Origin: Chitinophagales bacterium
GTDB lineage: Bacteria > Bacteroidota > Bacteroidia > Chitinophagales > CAIODY01
Assembly (NCBI GenBank): GCA_036719905.1
Contig: DAIMNW010000002.1
Span: 1 to 35,187 of the forward strand
Reading direction: 5' to 3'
Length of the DNA: 35,187 nucleotides
Every line of letters begins with the position of its first letter. Positions within the stretch are counted from its first letter, which is position 1. The translations under genes and the position numbers were made by a program. The notes beneath the pieces were generated by a model, which searched no databases, was not told the origin of the DNA, and was given only the letters and a program-made list of their open reading frames with translations. Of this stretch, positions 9,718 to 19,309 are shown piece after piece.

Positions 9718-11277
9718 TTAACCTTTGTATTCCCCAAATTCGTGGCGTAGCACATCACTGATTTCTCCCAAAGTACAGTAAGCTTCAACACATGAGATAA
9801 CGGTTGGCATCAGGTTGTCACCTGTTTTAGCTTTGGCAGCTAGTTCGTTCAACAAATTTTTTACTGTATCTGAATTCCGCTCTGCTTTTAGCTTGGCTAT
9901 TTTAGCCATCTGATTTTGCTGAACGCTCGGGTCTATTTTAAAAATGGAGGGCTTGGCACTCTCCTTTGCTACAAATTTATTTACCCCCACAATAATTTTT
10001 TCGCCACTCTCAATATGCTGCTGGTAAGTATAAGCGCTTCGGGCTATTTCATTTTGCATAAATCCTTGTTCAATAGCTTCCACGGCACCACCCATGGCGT
10101 CTATACGTTCAATTAATTTTATAGCAGCTGATTCAATATCGTTAGTTAATTTCTCTACAAAAAAACTTCCTGCCAATGGATCAACGGTATCAGTAACTCC
10201 ACTCTCGTAGGCTATAATTTGCTGAGTGCGCAGAGCCGTTCTTGCCGCAGCTTCTGTTGGCAACGATAATGCCTCATCAAATCCATTGGTATGCAACGAT
10301 TGAGTACCCCCCAGCACAGCACTAAGTGCTTGTATAGTTACTCGAACCACATTGTTTTCGGGCTGCTGAGCAGTAAGTGTGCTACCACCTGTTTGCGTAT
10401 GAAACCTCAGCATCTGCGCCTTAGGGTCCGTTGCGCCTAGCGATTTGGTAATGCCGGCCCAGATTCTTCTGGCAGCACGAAACTTGGCCACCTCTTCAAA
10501 CAAATTATTGTGCGCATTAAAGAAGAAAGAAAGCCGCTTGGCAAAGTGATTAATGTCTAATCCCTTTTCTTGAGCTGCTTTCAAATACGCTTTTCCGTTG
10601 GCTAAAGTAAAAGCCAACTCTTGCACAGCATTGCTACCGGCTTCACGAATGTGATATCCACTGATGGAGATGGTGTTCCATTTAGGAAGCTCCTTGCCAC
10701 AGTACTCGAAAATATCTGTAATAATACGCATGCTTGGCTTTGGTGGATAGATATAAGTACCCCGTGCTGCATATTCTTTTAAAATATCGTTTTGAATGGT
10801 GCCGCTGATTTGTTTTAAATCGGCCCCTTGTTTTTTAGCAAGAGCAATGTAAAATGCCAGCAAAATAAAACCGGTAGCATTAATGGTCATGCTAGTGGTT
10901 ATGTCCTGCAATGTTATACCATCAAATAATATTTCCATGTCTTTCAGTGAATCAATGGCCACACCCACTTTACCCACCTCCCCATCCGCCAGTGGATGGT
11001 CGCTATCATAACCTATTTGGGTAGGCAGGTCAAATGCAACACTTAAACCTGTAGTACCTTGGTTGAGCAAAAAATGATAGCGCTTATTGCTCTCCTCAGC
11101 ACTGCTAAAGCCTGCATATTGACGCATAGTCCACAACTTTCCTCTATACATATCAGGCTGCACACCCCGGGTAAATGGGAATTCACCGGGCAGCTCGTTC
11201 ATGCTCATGGGTGTGGTGTAAAGCACCTCTATCTCGATTCCGCTATCGGTTTCTGTTTTCTTGATATTTTGACTCAT
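9718..11277 (-). CDS. Methylmalonyl-CoA mutase family protein, catalytic (N-terminal) domain only
   Basis: 519 aa. [36 protein letters not shown] and [12 protein letters not shown] are MCM hallmarks. It ends before any B12-binding (DxHxxG) domain. Confidence 0.9.
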   Translation of the reverse strand: MSQNIKKTETDSGIEIEVLYTTPMSMNELPGEFPFTRGVQPDMYRGKLWTMRQYAGFSSAEESNKRYHFLLNQGTTGLSVAFDLPTQIGYDSDHPLADGEVGKVGVAIDSLKDMEILFDGITLQDITTSMTINATGFILLAFYIALAKKQGADLKQISGTIQNDILKEYAARGTYIYPPKPSMRIITDIFEYCGKELPKWNTISISGYHIREAGSNAVQELAFTLANGKAYLKAAQEKGLDINHFAKRLSFFFNAHNNLFEEVAKFRAARRIWAGITKSLGATDPKAQMLRFHTQTGGSTLTAQQPENNVVRVTIQALSAVLGGTQSLHTNGFDEALSLPTEAAARTALRTQQIIAYESGVTDTVDPLAGSFFVEKLTNDIESAAIKLIERIDAMGGAVEAIEQGFMQNEIARSAYTYQQHIESGEKIIVGVNKFVAKESAKPSIFKIDPSVQQNQMAKIAKLKAERNSDTVKNLLNELAAKAKTGDNLMPTVISCVEAYCTLGEISDVLRHEFGEYKG

Positions 11278-11416
11278 TATATTAAATAATTATAAAAGTC
11301 AAAGTTGATATTTTATTCTGAAATAATTTTAACAGATATAAGTACACTTTATTTTTTACTTACATTTTATTTTCAAACTATCTTTATATAACCGTAAACC
11401 AAACACCTGAAATTCT

Positions 11417-11863
11417 ATGCCATCTTTCATCTGCCATTTGTATTCTAAAGTATTTGTTTGTATTGCATTGATGGGGTTGTTTTTCTCCTGCTCGGTTTTG
11501 AAAAAAAAGCCTGCAGAAATTCCACCGGCCCCTTTACTTAACACTTATTGGAGGGTGACGGAACTCAATAAAGTACCGGTAAAAACCAAAGCTGAAAAAA
11601 CACCCTATGTCATCATGTACGCCGACAACACTTTTAAGGGCTTTGCCGGCTGTAATGAAATGTGGGGAATTTTTAAATGGATGAATGATAAATTAAAATT
11701 CAGCAATACCAATCGTACCAAAATAGCCTGCGACGACTTGAACGTAGAAAGCGAATTTGTAGAGGCGCTGGAGAACAGCGACCATTATTTAATTCAAGGC
11801 GACAAGCTATATCTTATTGGCAATGCTGAAATTGTTGCCAGATTAAACGCCATCAAAAAGTAG
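11417..11863 (+). CDS. META domain (HslJ-like) lipoprotein
   Basis: Signal peptide with lipobox ...LFFSC. NTYWRVTEL...FKGFAGCN...KLKFSN...TKIACDD...E.EFVEAL is the META/DUF306 pattern. An alternative start exists at Met 11471. Confidence 0.75.
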   Translation: MPSFICHLYSKVFVCIALMGLFFSCSVLKKKPAEIPPAPLLNTYWRVTELNKVPVKTKAEKTPYVIMYADNTFKGFAGCNEMWGIFKWMNDKLKFSNTNRTKIACDDLNVESEFVEALENSDHYLIQGDKLYLIGNAEIVARLNAIKK

Positions 11864-11865
11864 AT

Positions 11866-12687
11866 ATGAACGAAACACTTCAAATTACCATCATACAATC
11901 AGTGTTGCACTGGGAAGATATCGGAGCTAACTTGAACATGTTCAATGAAAAAATAAATGCTATTGAATTGGCGACCAACTTGATTGTGCTGCCAGAAATG
12001 TTTAACACTGGCTTTTCAATGGCTGCCGCAAAGTGTGCAGAGACAATGGATGGCCCAACAATAAAATGGATGGCTGAAACAGCCAAGAAACAGAATGCGG
12101 TGATCACAGGAAGCCTCATCATTAAAGACGGCGATTATTATTACAACCGGTTAATCTGGATGCAACCCGATGGCAACATGTTTACCTATGATAAAAAGCA
12201 CTTGTTTCGGTTAAGTCAGGAACAGGAGATATACAAAATGGGTGAAAAAAAATTGCTGGTAGAATGTTGTGGTTGGCGTATAGCACCTATGATATGTTAT
12301 GATTTACGATTTCCGGTATGGTGTCGGAATAGGGCGACTTCCAATTCGAACAGCCCGGCAGAAGAAAAGTATAGAGGCGAATATGATGTACTTTTATTTG
12401 TTGCCAACTGGCCTGAACGCCGACAGCTAGCTTGGAGAACGTTATTACAAGCAAGAGCAATAGAAAATCAAGCGTTTGTGGTAGGTGTAAACCGTGTAGG
12501 CAATGATGGCAATGAAATTTACCATTCGGGCGATAGTGCTGTTATAGGACCACTTGGAGAGAAGTTAATTGAAATAAATCATCAAGAGGCAATCCATACA
12601 ATTATCCTCACAAAGAAAGATTTACTTGCCGCACGTCGATTATTCCCATTTTGGAAAGATGCTGACCATTTCAGTCTAATGGAATGA
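11866..12687 (+). CDS. Carbon-nitrogen hydrolase family amidase (YafV/omega-amidase-like)
   Basis: The nitrilase-superfamily E-K-C triad is in context: LPEMFNTG, YDKKHLF, PMICYDLRFP. 273 aa. Confidence 0.82.
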   Translation: MNETLQITIIQSVLHWEDIGANLNMFNEKINAIELATNLIVLPEMFNTGFSMAAAKCAETMDGPTIKWMAETAKKQNAVITGSLIIKDGDYYYNRLIWMQPDGNMFTYDKKHLFRLSQEQEIYKMGEKKLLVECCGWRIAPMICYDLRFPVWCRNRATSNSNSPAEEKYRGEYDVLLFVANWPERRQLAWRTLLQARAIENQAFVVGVNRVGNDGNEIYHSGDSAVIGPLGEKLIEINHQEAIHTIILTKKDLLAARRLFPFWKDADHFSLME

Positions 12688-12704
12688 TGTTCCGAATATT
12701 AATT

Positions 12705-15311
12705 TTATAGTTTACCTGCTAACACACAGTCTTTCTTACATCGCTTTACTTTTCCATTTATTTGAAACATCTCGGCATAAATGATATAGATGCCATAGGA
12801 TAATTTACTCCTCGTATTATCTGTACCGTCCCAAGTGAAATGGCCTTCTTGTGGCAATGTTTCATTCTTTGCAATTGATTTTATTAATCTCCCTGAAGCA
12901 TCATATACCTCTACCTTGGCAGTATAGCCTGGCATATCTAACTTATAGTTGATAGTTAAAATATCATCTACCCCGTCATTGTCTGGCGAAAAAACCTCGG
13001 GAGTTAAGGTTAACTCTCCAGTCGTGTTATCATCAGTAAGTGACTGTGAATTTTTATAACCCGGCGTAGCAAAGCCAACAGCCGAAGCAGCGCTATGCCA
13101 ATTGCTCGGTGATTGAGTGGAGTCATTAAAACGAATGCGCTCAAGACTTACCCCTTCTTTATTATTTAATAATGGGAAATGCCAAGTATCAAAGTAGTGT
13201 AATTCGTCTATAATTTCTGTACTTTGATTCATCAGCACCACATAATCTTCATCATCATTAAAACCGGGAAGGGTTGCCATTTCTAAGAACAGAGCATCAT
13301 CGGGGCATTGATAATTAGCTTTTATATCGGCAATGTTTTCGGTTAAAACGAGATAGCTGTTTGGAAAAAACAGATAACCACTTGCCGGAGCAGGATTGTA
13401 TGCCACATCAATTTGTCTATCTGAACTTCTGCTGGCCAGCAACATTTTGCCAAGGTCAATTATTTTATCGCTAGTGCTGTAAAGTTCAACAAAATCATAA
13501 GAGCCGGAACGTGGATTAAATAGAATTTCATTAATCAAAATATCTCCAGGTATTGCAGGCTCCGCAATTCCAAAACGAGCTGAATTAGACGCTCCAATTT
13601 CATTTCCTGTACAGTCTTTAATGTTTTCAGCTGTAATGGTGTATATGGTTTTTGGCAAGATGGTGTTGCTAAACAAAAGGTCTACTGAGTTATATTGAGG
13701 CGGCACCACATAGGCAGCAGTCGGTTGCCCTAGTGAATTGTTTACCTGATAATTTGCAACTGATGAAGCCAACCCACCATCAACGGATTCAGAAAAGTAC
13801 AAACGAACAGATTGATTCGTAAGAATAACAGCACGAATCAATTGTGGGGCTATCAAATCAGGATTGCTTCCGAACACCGAATTTACTTTACCAGGGGTGC
13901 CGCCGCTTGGATCTGAACTAGCTTTCCAATTGTTTGCGCCGCCACACGGGTTTGATGGGTCAATCAATTCAAGACTCCATCCACCGCTTTTTTTCACATT
14001 GTCGCCATACCAACTATCGGTATATGCAACCGAATTGATTACTGTGCCGGCTTGATTTTTTAGTGAAAGTACATCACCCGTATTGTTTAATGATGGAAGG
14101 GAACCAAGACCGTAAACGGTTCCAAAAGGGGTGAAGTTGCTAACTAGCGAAGCGGCACACACAATCAAAAAACTATCCGGCTTAAGAATAATGGAGCTTG
14201 GAAAAGTTTGAGAACTACTAGAGTCAGAAAAACTCCAGTTCTTTAAATCAATAGCCACTGGGCTCCTATTGTAAAGCTCAACATATTCATACACCGGCAA
14301 GCCAATGCTGGGCGTTGGGTCGGCAAATATTTCATTTATAATAATATCATTGACTGCAGGCACATAATTAGAAAAAGTAAAAACACCGCCGTTTAAAATA
14401 TTTAGGGATAAGTCCTGAACCCCATTCACTGTGATAGTATAAGAAGCTGATTGAAAAGAGTTGAAAAACGTAAGATGAACAAGTGCATTGTTAGCAGCAT
14501 CACGTAATGCTACTATAGGGCTTCCTAAGGTTGTCACATTGTAGTTGGCTGTTGTTTGAGATGAGCTTAAACTCACATCTTCATCAAATAGAACATCGAG
14601 CGCATTAGGACCCACTATGGTGGCCGACAAAATAGAAGGAGGGGTTATGTCAAATTGATAGCCACCAATATACACATCATCAAAATAAAATTTATCGCTT
14701 CGAGTGGATGTATACAAACAAACAAAACCGAAGTGGGCTGTTGTCGTAATAGAATTGTCAGTAGCAGTCATTTCTACTTGAAAATTGTGACCGCCCAGAG
14801 TATCACTCCATACTGTCCAATTACCAAATTGATCGCGGCGAACTTTTATTCGTAATGTATTAGTGGTTGCTGCAACATGTCCTGGAAGCCCACCGCCAAG
14901 ATAAGTGATCAAAGGCCCATTTTGCTTGTAGAGTTGAATAGAATCTAGCGAACCCAATGTGCCCATCTGCAAATAATACCCGTTGAGTAAAGGAGAGGTA
15001 AGGTCGCTCTGATCGCTACATAAATATACTCTCAGTTGATTGGAGGTAGAAGGTGAAAAGTCCATTTTCATCCAAAATTGCCACTCGGCTGTATCTATAC
15101 GATTGTTAGTTGTACTTAGATAAGCGGTATCGGTTGCTGCAGGAGCATTTAGATGCAACTGCGAAGCTGTATTTACTTCAAACTTCGCCACATCACCTTG
15201 CCAACTTGGGTTACTTGTAAAATTATTGTCCGAAAAATTATCGCTTACTTGTGCCCACAAAGAGTTATGGAAGAGGATGATTCCACCAATGAGTAGAATA
15301 ATTTTTTTCAT
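12705..15311 (-). CDS. Secreted protein with two lamin-tail domains (LTD) and a C-terminal FlgD-Ig-like domain
   Basis: Start moved to MKKIILLIGGIILFHNSLWAQV (signal peptide). There are two LTD signatures, IIINEIFADP...YEYVELYNRS and ILINEILFNPRSGSYDFVELYSTS. The C-terminus, VFSPDNDGVDDILTINY...VEVYDASGRLIKSI...FTWDGTD...GIYIIYAE, is FlgD-Ig/type-B-sorting-like. Confidence 0.7.
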   Translation of the reverse strand: MKKIILLIGGIILFHNSLWAQVSDNFSDNNFTSNPSWQGDVAKFEVNTASQLHLNAPAATDTAYLSTTNNRIDTAEWQFWMKMDFSPSTSNQLRVYLCSDQSDLTSPLLNGYYLQMGTLGSLDSIQLYKQNGPLITYLGGGLPGHVAATTNTLRIKVRRDQFGNWTVWSDTLGGHNFQVEMTATDNSITTTAHFGFVCLYTSTRSDKFYFDDVYIGGYQFDITPPSILSATIVGPNALDVLFDEDVSLSSSQTTANYNVTTLGSPIVALRDAANNALVHLTFFNSFQSASYTITVNGVQDLSLNILNGGVFTFSNYVPAVNDIIINEIFADPTPSIGLPVYEYVELYNRSPVAIDLKNWSFSDSSSSQTFPSSIILKPDSFLIVCAASLVSNFTPFGTVYGLGSLPSLNNTGDVLSLKNQAGTVINSVAYTDSWYGDNVKKSGGWSLELIDPSNPCGGANNWKASSDPSGGTPGKVNSVFGSNPDLIAPQLIRAVILTNQSVRLYFSESVDGGLASSVANYQVNNSLGQPTAAYVVPPQYNSVDLLFSNTILPKTIYTITAENIKDCTGNEIGASNSARFGIAEPAIPGDILINEILFNPRSGSYDFVELYSTSDKIIDLGKMLLASRSSDRQIDVAYNPAPASGYLFFPNSYLVLTENIADIKANYQCPDDALFLEMATLPGFNDDEDYVVLMNQSTEIIDELHYFDTWHFPLLNNKEGVSLERIRFNDSTQSPSNWHSAASAVGFATPGYKNSQSLTDDNTTGELTLTPEVFSPDNDGVDDILTINYKLDMPGYTAKVEVYDASGRLIKSIAKNETLPQEGHFTWDGTDNTRSKLSYGIYIIYAEMFQINGKVKRCKKDCVLAGKL

Positions 15312-15364
15312 ACAACGAAAATATAAAAACATAGCGAAGTTGACTTGCAATTCGCATTAAGATT

Positions 15365-16780
15365 TTATTTCCCCTTGCCTTGAAAAATGATTAGCACGGT
15401 ATAAATCATTATTTTAAAATCGAGGGCCAGGCTCATGTTTTCGATATAAAGCAAATCGTATTTCATTCGCTCAATCATTTCGCCTACACTGCTGGCATAG
15501 CCAAATTTTACCATGCCCCAACTTGTGAGGCCGGGTTGTACTTTTTGTAAATGTTTATAGGCCGGATTTTGTTGCAGTATTTGTTCAATGTAAAATTTTC
15601 GTTCGGGTCGTGGGCCTACCAAACTCATATCTCCTTTTAAAATATTAAAAAATTGCGGCAACTCATCAATTCGCCATTTGCGCATAGTTTTGCCCCAGGG
15701 GGTTATACGGCTATCGTTTTCGCTGCTTAGGGCCGGCCCCAATTTTTCTGCATCTACATACATACTTCGAAATTTGTAAATCTTAAATGGACGACTGTTT
15801 TTGCCAATTCGCTCTTGAGTATAAAAAATACTTCCTTTAGAAGAAAACATTACGCGACAAGCAGCATAAACCAGGATGGGAAGCATAAGCAGTAATGCAA
15901 TCAAAGAGGCAATTACATCCAACATTCGTTTTATTTGGCGCTGCCAGTTGGGCATCAGTTCAGGTCGAACACCAATAAGCACAGCCCCCATTACATGATT
16001 CATCTTCACACTGCCACTTAAGATATCGTACATGTCAGGAATGATGCTGATATTTACCGGTCGGTCAGCTAAGGCATTAATAAGATGCTGTAGCTTTTCA
16101 TGTTCGCTTGTTTCTACCGCAATAATTACTTCTTCAATACCGTGCTTTTGTATCACTTGGTCAATCTCGTTGAGTTTACCAAGTTGAGGCAAATAGGAGC
16201 TTAATCCATTTTTTCCATTTTCATCAGTATAAATAAAACCGTTGAAATGATAGCCCAATGATTTTTTACGGTCATTTATTTCTTTATAAATATCGATAGC
16301 TAATTTATTTCCTCCTAAAATTAAAGTGTTAAAACCAACACGGCGGTTTACCAAATCACGTTTGGTGAATACGAGCAACATATATCGGAATAGAAAATTG
16401 CAAATAAAGCTGAATAGAAACAGAGCTAATAACGACTCATAGTAACCTTTAATATCTGGCACATAATCATCGAGCAGCAAAGCAAAAAATAAAATAATGC
16501 TACCGACTACCGATACTAAGAGTGACTTAGCAAACTCGGTTAATCGTGATTTGCGATAAATATTGGTGTAACTGCCAACAACAAAATACAAAAAAATCCA
16601 AAAAACAGGAACTAGCACTATACCCCAGATTAACTTTGAATCGTTCAACCAAACGTTTTGAAAATGCTTGCCCGGAAATTCAATTACCTGTTTGCGGTAA
16701 ATAAAAAATAAAATCCATGATAGAACGGCCGACATAAAATCAGACAGTAAATAAACCGTAGGGTGCAGTTTCTTCTTCAT
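15365..16780 (-). CDS. Polyprenyl-phosphate glycosyl-1-phosphate transferase (WbaP/EpsB-type initiating sugar transferase)
   Basis: 471 aa with N-terminal TM helices. The C-terminal bacterial sugar transferase domain reads KRMLDVIASL...GKNSRPFKIYKFRSM...DELPQFFNILKGDMSLVGPRP. Confidence 0.88.
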   Translation of the reverse strand: MKKKLHPTVYLLSDFMSAVLSWILFFIYRKQVIEFPGKHFQNVWLNDSKLIWGIVLVPVFWIFLYFVVGSYTNIYRKSRLTEFAKSLLVSVVGSIILFFALLLDDYVPDIKGYYESLLALFLFSFICNFLFRYMLLVFTKRDLVNRRVGFNTLILGGNKLAIDIYKEINDRKKSLGYHFNGFIYTDENGKNGLSSYLPQLGKLNEIDQVIQKHGIEEVIIAVETSEHEKLQHLINALADRPVNISIIPDMYDILSGSVKMNHVMGAVLIGVRPELMPNWQRQIKRMLDVIASLIALLLMLPILVYAACRVMFSSKGSIFYTQERIGKNSRPFKIYKFRSMYVDAEKLGPALSSENDSRITPWGKTMRKWRIDELPQFFNILKGDMSLVGPRPERKFYIEQILQQNPAYKHLQKVQPGLTSWGMVKFGYASSVGEMIERMKYDLLYIENMSLALDFKIMIYTVLIIFQGKGK

Positions 16781-16813
16781 CAGGGAGATAGGATAACGGT
16801 TTTTCCTGGTGTC

Positions 16814-17671
16814 TTATTGTGAAATTAATTTGATATTATCCACTAAAATGGTGCCTGCTGCCGAAGTGGCATCTACCTGAATAAATAATTTATAGGCACT
16901 AAACTTTAGCTGACCTACAGGTTCGGTTAGCTGAACGTACATTTTATTCCAACCATCCACGTGAGGAGCAATGGTAACTTCCAAAAATTTTGAAATATAG
17001 TTAGCGTCGCATACTCCAATTGAAAAAGGAATGTCATTCTTGTAGTCTAGTTCGAGGTATACGGGTGTGCCATTGGTTGGGAGTGGATAAGCTTGAGCCG
17101 ATACTATTTCTGAATAGTCGCCAAGCTTGGCACTAATTTTACCGGCACCGGTACCTGTTAACACTTCACTTAGCAAACTAGTTCGTGTGATATTTGTATC
17201 GCCATTGAGCTTGTTAAAGGAGTTCCCATTTTCAAAATCTTCAATAAAGTGAAAAACAGTATTGGGGGTATAGTGGGTCACTGGCCTTATAGAATAAACT
17301 ACTCCAGGTGTTAAAGTAGTATCTGTTTTTGCCGATTGATAAAACTCATAGGAAATTCGGTTTTCGGATAAGCCATTGCCTTTTATACCGGCGGTTAATA
17401 AAATGGAGGAAGCTCCAGACGCTAGCACTGGAAAAGTACAAGGTAATTGATAAGTGCCAACAGGTTCTCCATTGACATAGGCCCACACGTCAGTAATTTT
17501 GCTCGTAGCACTGCCTTCTTTCAATGGATTGTTGACCGACAAACTAAATGAATCGATATGCAAATAAACCGGAATAGGCTCGGCTTTATTCCATTTATTA
17601 CAAGCGCTTAGGCAAGCCACAAATACTAGGGAAGTGTTTAGTAGTAAAAAGAAGGCTGTTTTTTTTTTCAC
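16814..17671 (-). CDS. Hypothetical lipoprotein
   Basis: Signal peptide MKKKTAFFLLLNTSLVFVACLSAC. A long ORF in line with its neighbours, with no family I recognise. Confidence 0.5.
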   Translation of the reverse strand: MKKKTAFFLLLNTSLVFVACLSACNKWNKAEPIPVYLHIDSFSLSVNNPLKEGSATSKITDVWAYVNGEPVGTYQLPCTFPVLASGASSILLTAGIKGNGLSENRISYEFYQSAKTDTTLTPGVVYSIRPVTHYTPNTVFHFIEDFENGNSFNKLNGDTNITRTSLLSEVLTGTGAGKISAKLGDYSEIVSAQAYPLPTNGTPVYLELDYKNDIPFSIGVCDANYISKFLEVTIAPHVDGWNKMYVQLTEPVGQLKFSAYKLFIQVDATSAAGTILVDNIKLISQ

Positions 17672-17736
17672 TGTTTATCTGAAATTAAAATTGAGAGGGC
17701 TGAATGTACAATCGGAAAGATAGAATACAACGCCGC

Positions 17737-18708
17737 CTACATAGAATTATTTTTTTCAATTTTTTTCAATATTTCATAACCAATTTTCATGGCATTATAG
17801 CCATCCTGAAAACTTACTGCGGTAGGCGAATTGGTAACAATAGAATCTCTGAACAGTTCTAACTCCCTCTTGATGGCGTTGATATCAGGAGCCGGAGGCG
17901 CTTCGAAATGAATGTACTTTCGCTGGTCGTTACCCAGTTCTACAGGAATAGCCCAATCATCATTTTCGGCAGTAGTACTAAGTCGGCATACTTCCGTTTT
18001 CTTTTCCAAAAAATCAATTCCAATGTAAGCATCATTTTGAAAAATTCTCATTTTCCGCATTTTCTTTAATGATATACGGCTAGCGGTAACGTTAGCCACA
18101 CATCCATTTTCAAATTCGATACGGGCATTGGCAATGTCGGGCGTTGTACTCACTATAGCTACACCGCTGGCACTAATTTTTTTCACATCCGACTTTACCA
18201 TACTTAAAATAATGTCGATATCGTGAATCATTAAATCTAACACCACGGCCACATCGGCCCCACGGGGGTTAAACTCAGCCAATCGATGGCATTCTATAAA
18301 AAGTGGGTTTATCTTTCTATTTTTTATGGCCAGAAAAGCCGGATTAAAACGCTCCACATGACCCACCTGTCCTTTTACACCGGCTTGCTCGATTAGGGTG
18401 AGCAGTTTTTTTGCTTCCGAGAGGGTATTGGTCAGTGGTTTTTCTACAAATACATGCTTCTTTTTTTTCAAAGCCAGTACCGCATTCTTATAATGGGTGG
18501 TGGTAGTACTGGCTATATCCACTGCATCAGCAGCATCAATCAGTTGTTTCAAATTTTTAAACCGCCGAACCCCAATAGTCTCAGCCTTGGCTGCATTTTC
18601 ATCGTTCGGGTCGTAGAAACCAACGAGTTCTGCCCCTTCAATTTGTTTCCAAAGCGATTGATGAATGCGACCTAAGTGCCCGGCGCCAAGTACTGCTATT
18701 TTTAACAT
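17737..18708 (-). CDS. Gfo/Idh/MocA family NAD(P)-dependent oxidoreductase
   Basis: The Rossmann N-terminus MLKIAVLGAGHLGRIH and VFVEKPL are typical of the family. I prefer the ATG at 18708 over the track's TTG at 18717 (see the promoter box at 18715-18722). Confidence 0.82.
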   Translation of the reverse strand: MLKIAVLGAGHLGRIHQSLWKQIEGAELVGFYDPNDENAAKAETIGVRRFKNLKQLIDAADAVDIASTTTTHYKNAVLALKKKKHVFVEKPLTNTLSEAKKLLTLIEQAGVKGQVGHVERFNPAFLAIKNRKINPLFIECHRLAEFNPRGADVAVVLDLMIHDIDIILSMVKSDVKKISASGVAIVSTTPDIANARIEFENGCVANVTASRISLKKMRKMRIFQNDAYIGIDFLEKKTEVCRLSTTAENDDWAIPVELGNDQRKYIHFEAPPAPDINAIKRELELFRDSIVTNSPTAVSFQDGYNAMKIGYEILKKIEKNNSM

Positions 18709-18714
18709 GCTGGG

Positions 18715-18722
18715 CAAATGTA
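18715..18722 (-). promoter_or_regulatory. Candidate -7 box (TACATTTG) immediately upstream of the oxidoreductase ATG
   Basis: The minus strand reads TACATTTG-CCCAGC-ATG. This is an exact TAnnTTTG only 6 nt from the ATG, implying a leaderless or near-leaderless mRNA. Confidence 0.35.
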
Positions 18723-18788
18723 CGGTTTTCGATGTTTTATTAATTATGCACTATTTAGCACATCTTTATCCTTACAAATGCACCTACC

Positions 18789-19274
18789 ATGATACCGGCC
18801 TACGAATTGATATTGAAAAAAGCCAAGCAAAACATGCGGCTTCTCAAAAACAATTTGGAAAAATTGAGCCGTGCCAAGAATGCTCACAAGCTGATGCCCG
18901 AGCTGCACGAAAAAGCGTTTGAAAAAGTAGATTGTTTGCAATGTGCTAATTGCTGCAAAACCATATCGCCGAGGTTTAATAAAACTGATATGCCACGTAT
19001 AGCCAAATATTTACGAATTACAGAAGGGGAACTGATTGAAAACTACCTGCGATATGATGAGGATGGCGATTTTGTGATGCGGCGAATGCCCTGCGCTTTC
19101 CTTGATGACAACAATTACTGCAGCATTTATGATGTACGTCCACGTGATTGTCAGAATTATCCATACACCGATAGCGATGTGTTTTACAAGCAAAAAAATG
19201 TTACTGTAAAAAATTGCACTACCTGCCCGGCAGTGGTGGTGGCGTTGGGTGCTATTGACGAGGTTGCAAAATAA
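18789..19274 (+). CDS. YkgJ family cysteine-cluster protein (UPF0153)
   Basis: The CLQCANCCK motif plus downstream C...C..Y..RP..C are typical of the YkgJ/Fe-S-or-Zn cluster family. Confidence 0.7.
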   Translation: MIPAYELILKKAKQNMRLLKNNLEKLSRAKNAHKLMPELHEKAFEKVDCLQCANCCKTISPRFNKTDMPRIAKYLRITEGELIENYLRYDEDGDFVMRRMPCAFLDDNNYCSIYDVRPRDCQNYPYTDSDVFYKQKNVTVKNCTTCPAVVVALGAIDEVAK

Positions 19275-19309
19275 CGCAGCTATCTGAATCGCAAAATTTG
19301 TGACCTAGC

